From assembly GCF_006345805.1 (NCBI RefSeq), contig NC_043015.1, forward strand, positions 1,550,001 to 1,614,000: DNA of 64,000 nucleotides, in the 5' to 3' direction. Source of the stretch: Octopus sinensis (lineage: Eukaryota). Positions 1 through 12,774 of the stretch are shown here, in pieces. The notes beneath the pieces were generated by a model, which was given only the letters and a program-made list of their open reading frames with translations, was not told where the DNA came from and made no database searches. The translations under genes were made by a program, and so were the position numbers. The number at the start of each line of letters is the position of its first letter. Within the stretch, counting starts at the first letter, position 1.

Positions 1-305
1 ATCTATTTTCGGCTTCGCACGCCTGTGCTCTTTGCAAAACTTGCACCATAACGCACTCAAGAGTTTCAGACCTCACTTCTCTGATTTTTCTATTCATGTT
101 CTCCTTCAGGGCTAGTCAAGTCAGGGGAACGTGAAGGCCAATTGACATTGCCAGTAGCTGGAGATTATTCTCTCTTCAAAGCACTGCCGTAACAACTGCA
201 TTATTTCTCTTACTATATGAACAGTTGCCCCATCTTGCTGGATCTATGTGAATGGCCGGACGTAAGAAGGTCTGAATCGCTTAAAGAAATTCCAACTATG
301 TCTGA
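1..305 (-). mobile_element. Decayed Tc1/mariner-superfamily transposase, C-terminal fragment (runs off window start)
   Basis: Minus strand, with frameshifts, reads QQDGATVHIVREIMQLLRQCFEERIISS / GNVNWPSRSPDLTSP / LKENMNRKIREVRSETLECVMVQVLQRAQACEAENR. These match the QQDGA and WPxRSPDL motifs of Tc1/mariner DDD/E transposases. Confidence 0.75.
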
Positions 306-349
306 TTTTAACGTTTTATTTACAAACTTAAAATAATACAATATAATAT

Positions 350-1426
350 TGTTACGGGTTTAACTAGTGCAGTGTTTCTGACCCACATCGTGGATATGGT
401 TCCAGTATGTCTGGTGAAAATGTGACAGTCTTTTGTCTAATGGAGGACTAATGGGTTTTGGAATGACCTGTGACCTCGTGCGGCTGAGAAGAGGGTCAGG
501 AGAATGTGAGGGAGGAAGACAGATTAAGGGAATCTAAGAGCAGATGGAGAGGGTATTGACAGTAAGAGAGAAGGACAGGCAGAGAGTATGGTAGAGCTGT
601 CATGAGAGAGATAGAGTATAAGACTAAGGGACAGTTAGAGAGGGTGTGAGCGGTACAGAGGGAGATGAGGGAGTGGAAGAAGCACAGAGACGAAGTGAGG
701 TCTGGGCAGTCGTTGAGCGGTCGTCGAGGAACACAGACGGATCTTGCAGTCGCTGGCCGGTCCTCGAAGAAGACAGACGGACCTTGGATTTAAGGAGCAA
801 GCGTTGGAATTCTTAGGAGCAAGTTGGATGCGAGAAAGCTTGGCGGCACAGAAGGGAATTAGCAGTATTCAGAGGAATTAGCAGTATTGAGAGGAATGGG
901 ACACTGGCAGATTCAATTAGGAATTGAGGTATGTGTTTGTGCATTGATATGTGTCACGGTGTATTGAACAGTGAAAAGAACAGTCAAGGACTCTGTCGAT
1001 GTGGTCGATAAAGGACATTGTGAAGAAGAAGAGTAAACTTGTTGATTGTGATGTTTAGGAAGAGACTTTAAAGAACTGTTGTCTTGGGACGTGTACTCTT
1101 GAATTGTTACATGATGTTGTATTATGCTTTGAGTTGTACTCTTGAAATGCTGTTGTATTATGTATTGAGTAGTCACGTGCATGCTTTGATGTATCTTGAT
1201 GTTGTAACAATTGTAATTGTCGTATAAACTGTTGTTTGAATATAAGCCAGTGTTGCCAGTTGTTGCCTTGCCTCTTTGGGTTGTATCTCGGGTTGTGCCT
1301 CTGTATCTCTGTGCTGCGGTTGTGGTTGTTGTTGTACCTCCTCTCCTCCTCTCTGGGTTCCGTGGCGAACTAGTGGTGCCGTTCGGGGCGAGCGACGACG
1401 GACGGATTCCGCTCCGTTTCGTAACA
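350..1426. mobile_element. Solo LTR (about 1077 bp) of an LTR retrotransposon, Gypsy-like
   Basis: Begins TGTTACG (350) and ends CGTAACA (1426): a 7-bp terminal inverted repeat with TG...CA ends. ATAT flanks both sides (346-349, 1427-1430). No internal coding region. It sits in an (AATAT)n tract, so the TSD call is less secure. Confidence 0.7.
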
Positions 1427-2207
1427 ATATAATATAATATAATATAATATAATATAATGAAATGATACAATATAAAATGTCCATTCTGATAGAACCAGTA
1501 CATTCATGCATTAAACTATGCAATGTTCAGGTTCACGTAGTTGGGTGACAGTTATGTTTTACAATTTACAACTGTAGGGAGATGGCACAACTGTGTGCCT
1601 TAACTACATTTGTATAGGTTCCAGAATGTTAATTTTTGCAAAATGAAAATTGGTCAGAATGTTAATTCTGACTAATTAGTGTATGGCCTTACTAAATTAC
1701 TTAAGTTTTTTGGTGTTTGGTTTAGGCATCACGTTATGTTGAACATGCCAAGAGAACTGCATTTTGAATGGGTCGTGGTGATCGTGGTTGTTGTCGTCAC
1801 CATCGTCGTAGGTGTAGGAGTAGGTATGGCAATAGAATATAAAACACCAAAATAAGATTATTTTTAATGAATTTTCTCTTGACTTAGCTAGTATTTTCCT
1901 GCTATCGTCATCATGAGGTCTTTTCGTATTGTTGTTGTTAGAAGTAGCAGTAGTGGTAGTAGCAGTAGAAATAGTAGCTCTAAATATTATTATTATTGTT
2001 TATTTAGCTTGGGTTGCAATTTATTAATAAACTTATTATCTCTGGTTTTTCTCTCAATTTCACTTGGACTATGTGGTTTGTAGAATGGAAATATTATAAA
2101 TATTTTCCGACTACATGTTGCTAGATGATCTCAAATTTTCCCTCAGTGCACACGAGAATATTCTGATAGTGCATTTCCAGTATGAGCAACATATACTTCT
2201 TCAAATA

Positions 2208-2377
2208 AGGCGGCGAGCTGGCAGAAACGTTAGCACACCGGGCGAAATGCTTAGCGGTATTGCGTTTGCCGTTACGTTCTGAGTCCAAATCCCGCCGAGG
2301 TCGACTTTGCCTTTCATCCTTTCGGGGTCGATAAATTAAGTACCAGTTGCGTACTGGGGGTCGATGAAATCGACTTA
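2208..2377 (+). mobile_element. tRNA-derived SINE, family A (core GTCGACTTTGCCTTTCATCCTTTCGGGGTCGATAAA), tail-less copy
   Basis: A-box TGGCAGAAACGTTAG, B-box-like GTCCAAATCCC, and a core shared with more than 15 other copies in the window. Confidence 0.85.
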
Positions 2378-2465
2378 TATACATATATATATGTATATAT
2401 ATATATATAAACTTTATATATATACATATATATATATATACAGGCACACACACTCGTATAAATAA

Positions 2466-2497
<32 letters not shown>

Positions 2498-2610
2498 CGA
2501 TATATATTATATATATATATTATATATATATATATATAATATATATGTATATATATATAGATATATATATATATATATTAATATATATATATATATATAT
2601 ACATATACAA
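2378..2610. repeat. (TA)n compound microsatellite
   Basis: Direct reading. Confidence 0.95.
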
Positions 2611-2869
2611 ACAATGTGATATTTTTCGGTCTACTTTTACTATGATTCTAATAACAAAGCAAAACAATCTGTGGAATATTGACATTCATAGAAAAAAGCT
2701 CCCAGAGAAAGTACTTTAGGCGATAAGCGAAATAGAATATATTTTCTGGAGTTGGTTTAAATCGTTTCAACATTGCCCGAAATTTGGGTCCTTCTCTTCG
2801 TGGCAAAGTTTACTAAACGTTAGCGTTACTGATGTATTTTAGTTACCATTACTAGCTACTATAAGTGTT

Positions 2870-4470
<1,601 letters not shown>

Positions 4471-4477
4471 TAATATA

Positions 4478-4620
4478 ATGCCTGGTGTACCTTTATCAGA
4501 CGGGTAGTCATGATGGGTATATTGGGTTCGTTATTTTACCCCAGTGTCACTTTGATGGCATGAACTGCTCTCTCACTCAATAATAAATAATAATAATAAT
4601 AATGATAATAATAATAATAA
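4478..4620 (+). mobile_element. 3' end of an unclassified retroposon with (AAT)n tail
   Basis: 4478-4590 is the reverse complement of about 22825-22935 (GTGACACTGGGG...ACTACCCGTCTGAT). Both copies abut an AAT/ATT tail. Confidence 0.6.
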
Positions 4621-4949
4621 TACCAGCACAACACACGCTTCCGTTTATAACCTCACCGTCGCTATCATCATCATCATCATCATCATCATCAACCATGATT
4701 GTACCACTACAATAACACTCCCACATGTAAGCATTCACATACGCGCACACACGCTCCCACACATACGCACACGCACATACACACTAACATACTATTAGCA
4801 CTAACCGCACATTTCCATTCACCATTGTCATTGCCAGCCATCACTATGATGAAGGATCCTGCATCGGTTGCGATGATGATTACTCAAGTGTTTGATCACG
4901 TGAACTACTGGCCGAAACCATGACCGTCACCCGCGAGAGAGAACGGTTA

Positions 4950-5421
<472 letters not shown>

Positions 5422-5498
5422 AAATATTCGAAAATATTCACATCTATCCTCGTTCATCACTGCTGTTATTGAACGAATGTTAAATTAATAATATAACA

Positions 5499-5764
5499 AT
5501 TGCAGCATGGAATGTGTTTATAAGCCATATAAGAAACACATAAAAAACCGTTAGATTCACTTCAAAATTTTAATTTAATTTGCCAAAATGTTTTCGTCCT
5601 TTTGAAACCGCGACCTGTTCACTCACCATGGAATTTTGTCAGTGAACATGTCGTGGTGTCAAAGCGACGAAAATATTTGGGCAAATTAAATTTAAATGTT
5701 GAAGTGAATCTAACAGTTTTTGTGAGTTCCTTAAATGGCTTATAAACACCTTCCACGCTGCAAT
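5499..5764. mobile_element. Fold-back (hairpin) MITE, about 266 bp
   Basis: Arms of about 125 bp, (A)TTGCAGCATGGAATGTGTTTATAAGCCAT...TGTTCACT and AGTGAACA...ATGGCTTATAAACACCTTCCACGCTGCAAT, are reverse complements around a loop at about 5624-5640. A partial arm recurs at about 36387-36445. Confidence 0.8.
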
Positions 5765-6155
5765 AGTTTTCGTTCCAGCACACGATCTAATATCAGGTCA
5801 CTTTCTATGCAAGTACATCTCCATGATAACAGAACACATTGTAATTTTTTTTTCTTCCGATACACCAAGTTCACTTGAATATCGTCGATTTTTGCAGGGA
5901 CACGCTTTTGCAGTCTATGTAGAATCTTTGATTAATCGTCTGTCGCTAGACCCGTGTTATCAAAAATGATTTCGTGAAAAGTGTAGCACTAGCATGTTTT
6001 CCATGGTTTGTAATGAATGAATCCTTCATGATGACATTTCTCTTTCACGTTGCCTATAAACCTCTGTCGAAAATCTTCGGCACCACACAAACCTTATCAG
6101 CCACCACCAACACACGAACACTATACCTACAACATCATTACTACTCCAATATTAG

Positions 6156-7565
6156 AACGTGCTGTGAAGTTCTTGGATTTGAGTAAAAGATAATACAGGA
6201 GGATCGATTGATTAGGATTTTATCCAACACATTCCCCTCTCAGATTCATACATTTATTGGAACGGTCCTTAAGTTTTTCTAAACCCTTTAAAAGAGGTCT
6301 CCAACAAGGATTTGCGACACCCTGAAAGCCAGGATCTTTTCAGCACTCCCTCGTGCGTGCATGCGTGTGTGTGTATGTGTGTTTGTATGTGTATGTATGT
6401 GTGTGTGTGTGTGTGTGTGGTGTGTGTGTGTGTATGTGTGTGTGTACATATATATACACACAAGGTGCTGAAAACTTCTTGGCTTTGGTTTGAAAAAATA
6501 AAGGAAGGTCAGTTAATTTTGATTTTATTTAAGATAATCCCTTCTCAGATTCATACACTTATTGTAACGATCCTTAAGTTTTTAAGTCCTGTAAAAGACG
6601 TCGGAATTTAGGGTCTTCAACATGGCCTTTTGTGACACCCTTAAAGCCAAGATATTTTCAACCCTCCCTCGTGCGTGCATGCGTGTGTGTGTGTGTGTGT
6701 GTGTAGGTGTGTGTGTGTGTGTGTGTGTACATTATATATACACAAGATGCTGAAAACTTCCTGGTAATTATGATTTTATTTAAGAGAATCCCCTCTCAGA
6801 TTCATACGCTTATTGCAGCGGTCCTTCAGCTTTTCTAAGCCCTGTAAAAGAACTCGCAAGTTTGGGTCTTCAACCAGGAGACACCCTTAATTCCAGGGAC
6901 TTTACACCACTCTCTAATCAATGTGTATGTGTGTGGTGTGGATGGAAGCACTCCGTCGGTTACAACGACGAGGGTTCCGGTTGATCCGAATCAACGGAAC
7001 AGCCTGCTCGTGAAATTAACGTGCAAGTGGCTGAGCATTCCACAGACACGTGTACCCTTAACGTAGTTCTCGGGGATATTCAGCGTGACACAGAGAGTGA
7101 CAAGGCCGGCCCTTTGAAATACAGGTACAACAGAAACAGGAAGTAAGAGTGAGAGAGAAAGTTGTGGTGAAAGAGTACAGCAGGGATCACCACCATCCCC
7201 TGCCGGAGACTCGTGGAGCTTTTAGGTGTTTTCGGTCAATACACACTCACAACGTCAGGTCTGGGAATCGAAAGCCCGATCCTATGACCGCGAGTCCGCT
7301 GCCCTAACCACTGGGCTATTGCGCCTCCACATGTGTGGTGTACATAAGTATACACAACAGGGTGCTGAAAACTTGGTTTTGGGTAAAAGAAAATACAAGA
7401 GGATTAGTTAATCACGATTCTATTCAACATATCCCCATCTCACATTCATTTCATTGCAGCGATCCTTCAGGTTTTCGAATCTCTGTAAAAGAACCCGGAA
7501 GTTTGGGTCTCCAACCCGGCCTTTCGCGACACCCTTAATGCCAGCAACTTTTCAGGGTCTCCTTC
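6156..7565. mobile_element. Tandem array of four mariner-type MITEs (about 170-210 bp each) separated by (GT)n/(TA)n spacers
   Basis: Each unit has a left TIR like (A)GGTGCTGAAAACTTCYTGG (about 6156, 6461, 6743, 7358) and a right TIR like GCCAGGATCTTTTCAGCACTCCCTCGT (about 6328, 6646, 6892, 7540). All share the internal CCCCTCTCAGATTCATAC...CCTTAAG motif. Confidence 0.7.
6941..7330 (-). mobile_element. tRNA-derived SINE, family B (tail ...CCCTCGTCGTnGTAACCGACGGAGTG), full length
   Basis: Head GGAGGCGCAATAGCCCAGTGGTTAGGG...GTTTCGATTCCC. Reverse complement of 9613-9991. Probable TSD TGTGTGGTGT (6930-6939 / 7332-7341). Confidence 0.9.
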
Positions 7566-7672
7566 AAATATATCCATGCATATATTACCTCTAAGAGCAT
7601 CGACTACCAAGACTGTCACTACTAACACCACCACCACTAACAACAATGACAACACCACCTCCACCATACCCT

Positions 7673-7884
7673 TTACTCTTTTACTCTTTTACTTGCTTCA
7701 GTCATTTGACTGCGGCCATGCTGGAGCACCGCCTTTAGTCGAGCAAATCGTCCCTGGGACTTATTCTTTGTAAGCCCAGTACTTATTCTATCGGTCTCTT
7801 TCGCCGAACCGCTAAGTGACGGGGACGTAAACAGACCAGCATCGGTTGTCAAGCAATGCTAGGGGACAAACACAGACACACAAT

Positions 7885-7930
<46 letters not shown>

Positions 7931-8090
7931 TACGACAGGCTTCTTTCAGTTTCCGTCTACCAAATCCACTCACAAGGCATTGGTCGGCCCGGGGCTATAG
8001 CAGAGGACTCTTGCCCAAGATGCCGCGCAGTGGGACTGAACCCGAAGCCATGTGGTTGGTTAGCAAGCTACTTACCACACAGCCACGTGC
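7673..8090 (-). mobile_element. SINE family C, near full length
   Basis: Colinear with 4950-5421. Confidence 0.88.
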
Positions 8091-8269
8091 GCGCGCACAC
8101 ACATCAGAGGAATCAACTGTACCGTCATACCCCCACAACTTGCATGAACGTCAACAAAAACAGCAACAACAACAACAACAACAACTGCAGAGAGCAACAA
8201 CAACAACATTTCGAATAGCAATTAAGTAATTGAACTGCGTTTTAAATGATATCAAACAATTAGATCGTC

Positions 8270-9050
8270 GCTAAGAGACCATCGCCACCCCCATCACCAC
8301 CGTCGTCGCCACCACCACTGCCACCACAACAAACGCAACCACTGCTGCCTCCGTCGCCACCACCGCCGTCACCGTCACCACCCTCATCACTCCCGTCACC
8401 GCTGCCGTCACCACTACCGCCGCCGCCACCACCACCACCACCTCTACTACAGCCGATGCCTCAGTCATTGCCGCCGACGCCGCTGCCTCTACTACCACCG
8501 CCGCCACGACCACCTCCGCCACCGTTGCCATCACAACCACCATCACCGCCGCCACAACCAGCTCCACCACTGCTGCCTCCGTCGCCACCACCTCCGCCAC
8601 CGTCACCACCATCACCACCGCCGCCACATCAGCAGTCTCGTAATACTTCACTGACTCGTGCTGATTCTACAACTGCCGCAACTACCATCACCACCACCAC
8701 CGCCGCCGCCGCAGCCGCCACCACCACCAACACCACCACTACCATGACCACCACCACCAACAACAACAACAACCACTACTACTACTAAGTACTTGAGCTG
8801 CAACAACAATAACAAATACTAATACAAGATTACCTGTGCCGACATTAAAACAGATACCACCACCCCACACTACTACCACCACCAACACCAACAACAACAA
8901 CACTAACAGGAACACGACTACTACTACTACTACACTACCAACATCATCATCAACACCACCAGCACGGCTACCACTACAACTATGAACTACAACATCAGCT
9001 CCACCAAAGCTTTTTCTATCAACTTACCATCGCTGCCGCCACCAACTTCA
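8270..9050. repeat. Cryptic (ACC/GCC/AAC/TAC)n trinucleotide low-complexity tract
   Basis: Direct reading, with an internal duplication of ACCACTGCTGCCTCCGTCGCCACCA (about 8340 and 8565). Confidence 0.85.
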
Positions 9051-9136
9051 TGTCCAGGAATTATAATCCATCATTACAACCTCCATCAAAGGGGTAGCAA
9101 GCAAATCATTTATACCTGATTATATCTCAGTCAATA

Positions 9137-9391
9137 GTGGAGACACGTGGCTTAGTGGTTAGGGTGTCAGCATCATGATCGTAAGATTGTGGTTTCGATT
9201 CCTGGGCCGGGCGACGCGTTGTGTTCTTGAGCAAAGCACTTCATTTCACGTTGCTCCAGTCCACTCAGCTGGCAAAAAGGAGTTACGCTGCGATTGACTG
9301 GAGTTCCGTCCAGCTGGGAAACACACACGCCATACAAACCGAGAACCGGCCCACGAGCCTGGCTAGGCTTTAAAAGGGCACATTTATTATG
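9137..9391 (+). mobile_element. CORE-like tRNA SINE (family B relative, short tail) with 15-bp TSD
   Basis: A-box TGGCTTAGTGG, B-box GTTTCGATTCC, CORE-like CTTGAGCAAAGCACTTCATTTCACGTTGCTCCAGTCCACTCAGCTG. TSD TTATATCTCAGTCAA at 9120-9134 and 9392-9406. Second copy at 61449-61706. Confidence 0.9.
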
Positions 9392-9612
9392 TTATATCTC
9401 AGTCAACATCTACATCTCTGCTTGGATGGGCATTGAGGGCTTGGATTAAACGAGACTTGAATTAAACATGGCTGAACACACTGTATCAAGTATTTCTTCT
9501 AGAAAGCAAGACTCGGTTTTTGGCTTTTGGGGCCGAAACAAATTGTTTAGTTTAGTTTAGTCTGTGGTAGTAAATATAAACATGAGCGTTGTGTATAGAT
9601 GTATATGTGCGT

Positions 9613-9991
9613 GTGGAGGCGCAATTGCCCAGTGGTTAGGGCAGTGGACTCGTGGTCGTAGGATCGCGGTTTCGATTCCCAGACTGGGCGTTGTGAGTGT
9701 TTATTGAGCCTAAACACCTAAGATCCACGAGACTCCAGAAGGGGTGGTGGCGAACACTGCTATACCATTTCACCACAATTTTCTCCCAAACTTTCTTCCT
9801 GTTTCTATTGTACTTGTATTTCAAAGGGGCCAGCCTTGTCACACTCTGTGTCACGCTCAATCTCCTTGAGAATTACATTAAGGGTACACTTGTCTGTGGA
9901 GTGCTCAGCCACTTGCACGTTCATTTTACGAGCAGGCAGTTCCGTTGATCGGATCAGCTTGCACCCTCGTCGTCGTAACCGACGGAGTGCC
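9613..9991 (+). mobile_element. SINE family B, full length
   Basis: Reverse complement match to 6941-7330. Confidence 0.9.
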
Positions 9992-10016
9992 TCATTCATA
10001 TGTATGTATATATGTG

Positions 10017-10340
10017 TGAAGGTGCGCGGCTTAGTAGTTAGGGCGTTCAGCTCATGATCGTAAGGTCGTGAGTTCAGTTCCCGTCATCGCATTGTGTCCT
10101 TGAGCAAGACACTTTATTTCACGTTGCTCCAGTCCACTCAGCTGGCAAAAATGAGTTGTACCTGTATCTAATAGGGCCAGCCATGTCACATTCTCTGTCA
10201 CGCTGAATCTCCTTGAGAACTACGTTGACGATTCACGTGTCTGTGGAGTTCTCAGCCACTTGCACATTAATTTCACGAGCAAGCTGTTTTGTTGATCGTA
10301 TCAGCTGGGACCCTCGTCGTCGTAACTCACGGAGTGTTCC
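10017..10340 (+). mobile_element. Chimeric SINE: CORE-like head as at 9137 plus family B tail as at 9613
   Basis: Contains both GTTGCTCCAGTCCACTCAGCTGGCAAAAATGAGT and GTCTGTGGAGTTCTCAGCCACTTGCAC...CCCTCGTCGTCGTAAC. Confidence 0.85.
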
Positions 10341-10902
10341 ATGAGTATATGTATCTATGTATCGATAAGTTTAATTATCTCAGAAGCTGTACTCCCAACG
10401 AGGAAGATGCAAGATTTGCACTAAAATCTTAGATAGGTAAAAAACGTCAGTATCCCAACGAAATCGTCCGATATGGTGATAGAAGACCATCAGTAAGAAG
10501 ATAAACCTGTAGTTATATTCTTATGATGCTGCTCTGTGTATAGATCTGTGTATAAGCACGCACACATACACACACACCTACACACACACACACACACACA
10601 GCGAAGATTTCTTAGTTGCTGGACATGTTCCAGCGACATTCTCTACGTTCAATCTTGCGTATCTTTTACCGGGACAGGGTGAGACACGAAGAGGGATGAG
10701 AGGAGTTCACACAGGAAGTTCGAATGATATAGTGTCTAAGTGGCGGATAAGGTTTACAGTCTATGTACAGTCCCAAACGATATGAAAGGTAAAGTTTATC
10801 ACGGCAGAATTTAAACGCCATGCGAGCTACCGTTTCTCTCAGCTCATCAGCTAAAATATCCATTAAAATATTAGTTAAGATTTCATCAAACTAAGATTAT
10901 GT

Positions 10903-10935
<33 letters not shown>

Positions 10936-10939
10936 GTAT

Positions 10940-11102
10940 CTATGTATATTCATTATTTACATTATTTACATTTGATGGATATTTGTCCTCATCTTGTTCG
11001 TTGTTAACACAACGTTTCGTCTGATATACCCTCCAACCTTCAACGGGTTTCTTGAGGAAATTTCGAACCTGTGTTTCATTCCTAAGGTATTTTTCGATGA
11101 TA

Positions 11103-11141
<39 letters not shown>

Positions 11142-11265
11142 TCACTGCCTGGAATCGACCTTCGCATCCTGGGGTTAGTAGCCTGCGTTCTTAACCACTA
11201 CGCCATATGCCCGTGTTAACAAACAAATAATGTACATAATTCCTCATCTCTTAAATATAGATCTG
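10940..11265 (-). mobile_element. Composite retroposon: tRNA-like head + (AAT)n + Penelope-like tail with degenerate hammerhead core
   Basis: Minus strand: GGCATATGGCGTAGTGGTTAAG...GGTCGATTCC head (11140-11215), then (AAT)n, then CCGTTGAAGGTTGGAGGGTATATCAGACGAAACG. The body matches 45251-45500. Confidence 0.6.
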
Positions 11266-11478
11266 TGTATACGCACGCACGCACACACACACACACCTAC
11301 ACATACACACACACGCACACACACACATATATTGTTGAGAAAACCTATAGGGATTAGATACAAATCAAGTGCAATTACGATGCCTTCAAGTCATTCATCA
11401 ATATCTATTAAAGAGAAAACCCACCGACTCAGGAAGCCACACCTTTTTTTTCTTGTTATCAAGAGTATTTCTGTCAGA

Positions 11479-11595
11479 TTCTTTTCTACTCTAGGCACAA
11501 GGCCCAAAATTTTGGGGGAAGGGGCCAGTCGATTAGATCGACTCCAGTAATCAACTGGCACTTAATTTATCGACGCCGAAACGACGATGAAAGCT
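11479..11595 (-). mobile_element. SINE family A 3' fragment (tail type B: GGCCTTGTGCCTAGAGTAGAAAAGAAT)
   Basis: Matches the tail of 38786-39003. Confidence 0.75.
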
Positions 11596-11775
11596 GTCAG
11601 ATTACAAAAGAACCGGCACAGATAGCAAAAGAAACCTCACCCATCTCAAAACCCGTTCCAATCCACAGCCTCAGGTCTTGCGCAGGACCTTGATACGTCG
11701 TATTCTTGATCGCCATATGCAAATAGTATTTATCTTTAAAATGGAAAGGTGGTGATTGTCACATAGTGGGATGGA

Positions 11776-12222
11776 CTACCCGTATGGTTCTTGGTCTCAA
11801 GTATTTGTCTTATGAAGAAAGGCTGAAGACGCTCGACCTTTATTCTCTAGAAAAACGACAACGCCATGGTGATCTCATTCCTGCTCACAACATCATAAGC
11901 GGAAAGTGTAACCTCTCGAAAGAGCTGTTCTTCACTCCTGCTCCAGAGCGTCGGCTGCGGGGTCACTCCGAAAAGCTCTATCTGCGACGATTTCATCTCA
12001 ATCGAAGGAGAGGGGCTTTCTCCGTCCGGGTTGCGGATCCGTGGAATAAGCTACCGGATGAGATAGTGAAGATGTCGACGACCGCTCGGTTCAAAGTCTC
12101 CCTTGACCAGAAATGGCCTGAACTCTTTGCATGAACACCCCTGTACATAACTCCATGTCCCCCTACATGGCCTTGCTTTTGCTTTTTGCGCCAAAAAATT
12201 AAATTAACTTAACTTTACTTAA
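11776..12222 (+). mobile_element. CR1/L2-group LINE, 5'-truncated 3' end (ORF2 C-terminus + 3' UTR)
   Basis: ORF 11766-12134 reads TRMVLGLKYLSYEERLKTLDLYSLEKR...GDLI...RLRGHSEKL...FSVRVADPWNKLP...FKVSLD, the typical CR1-group ORF2 C-terminus. The UTR ends in short AATT/ACTT repeats. Confidence 0.85.
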
Positions 12223-12375
12223 ACCATCCCTGAGTAAGTAGAAGGTTAATTTTAATAGAGTGATTTTAGGTGAAGGACAAATGATGTGCTGTGATGTTCA
12301 TGCTTCTTTTATTTCAGTTAAAAACTTTTTTTTTTATTTCTCTAACGAGTAAATTATACTAGCTGAATGATTACA

Positions 12376-12377
12376 GT

Positions 12378-12430
<53 letters not shown>

Positions 12431-12600
12431 TTACTACTACTACTACTGCTACTACTACGAATACGTTGTTGACGCTACTTTCTCGGTGGTTTCCTGTTGA
12501 CATCTTTTTTCACTTTTTCGCTGAAATTAGTCTGCTGGTATTATTAATACCAGCAGCAACACAGCCACAACTGCCGTCACACTACACCTCCGCTCCGTAG

Positions 12601-12657
<57 letters not shown>

Positions 12658-12659
12658 CC

Positions 12660-12693
<34 letters not shown>

Positions 12694-12695
12694 CT

Positions 12696-12726
<31 letters not shown>

Positions 12727-12728
12727 CT

Positions 12729-12774
<46 letters not shown>

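Noticed and set aside
913-1503. 196-aa minus-strand ORF
   Set aside because: Spans the solo-LTR boundary and a microsatellite; no gag or other motif.
7255-7330. tRNA-like sequences here and at 9140, 9615, 11140 and 62640
   Set aside because: They are SINE heads continuing into SINE bodies, without intact acceptor stems.
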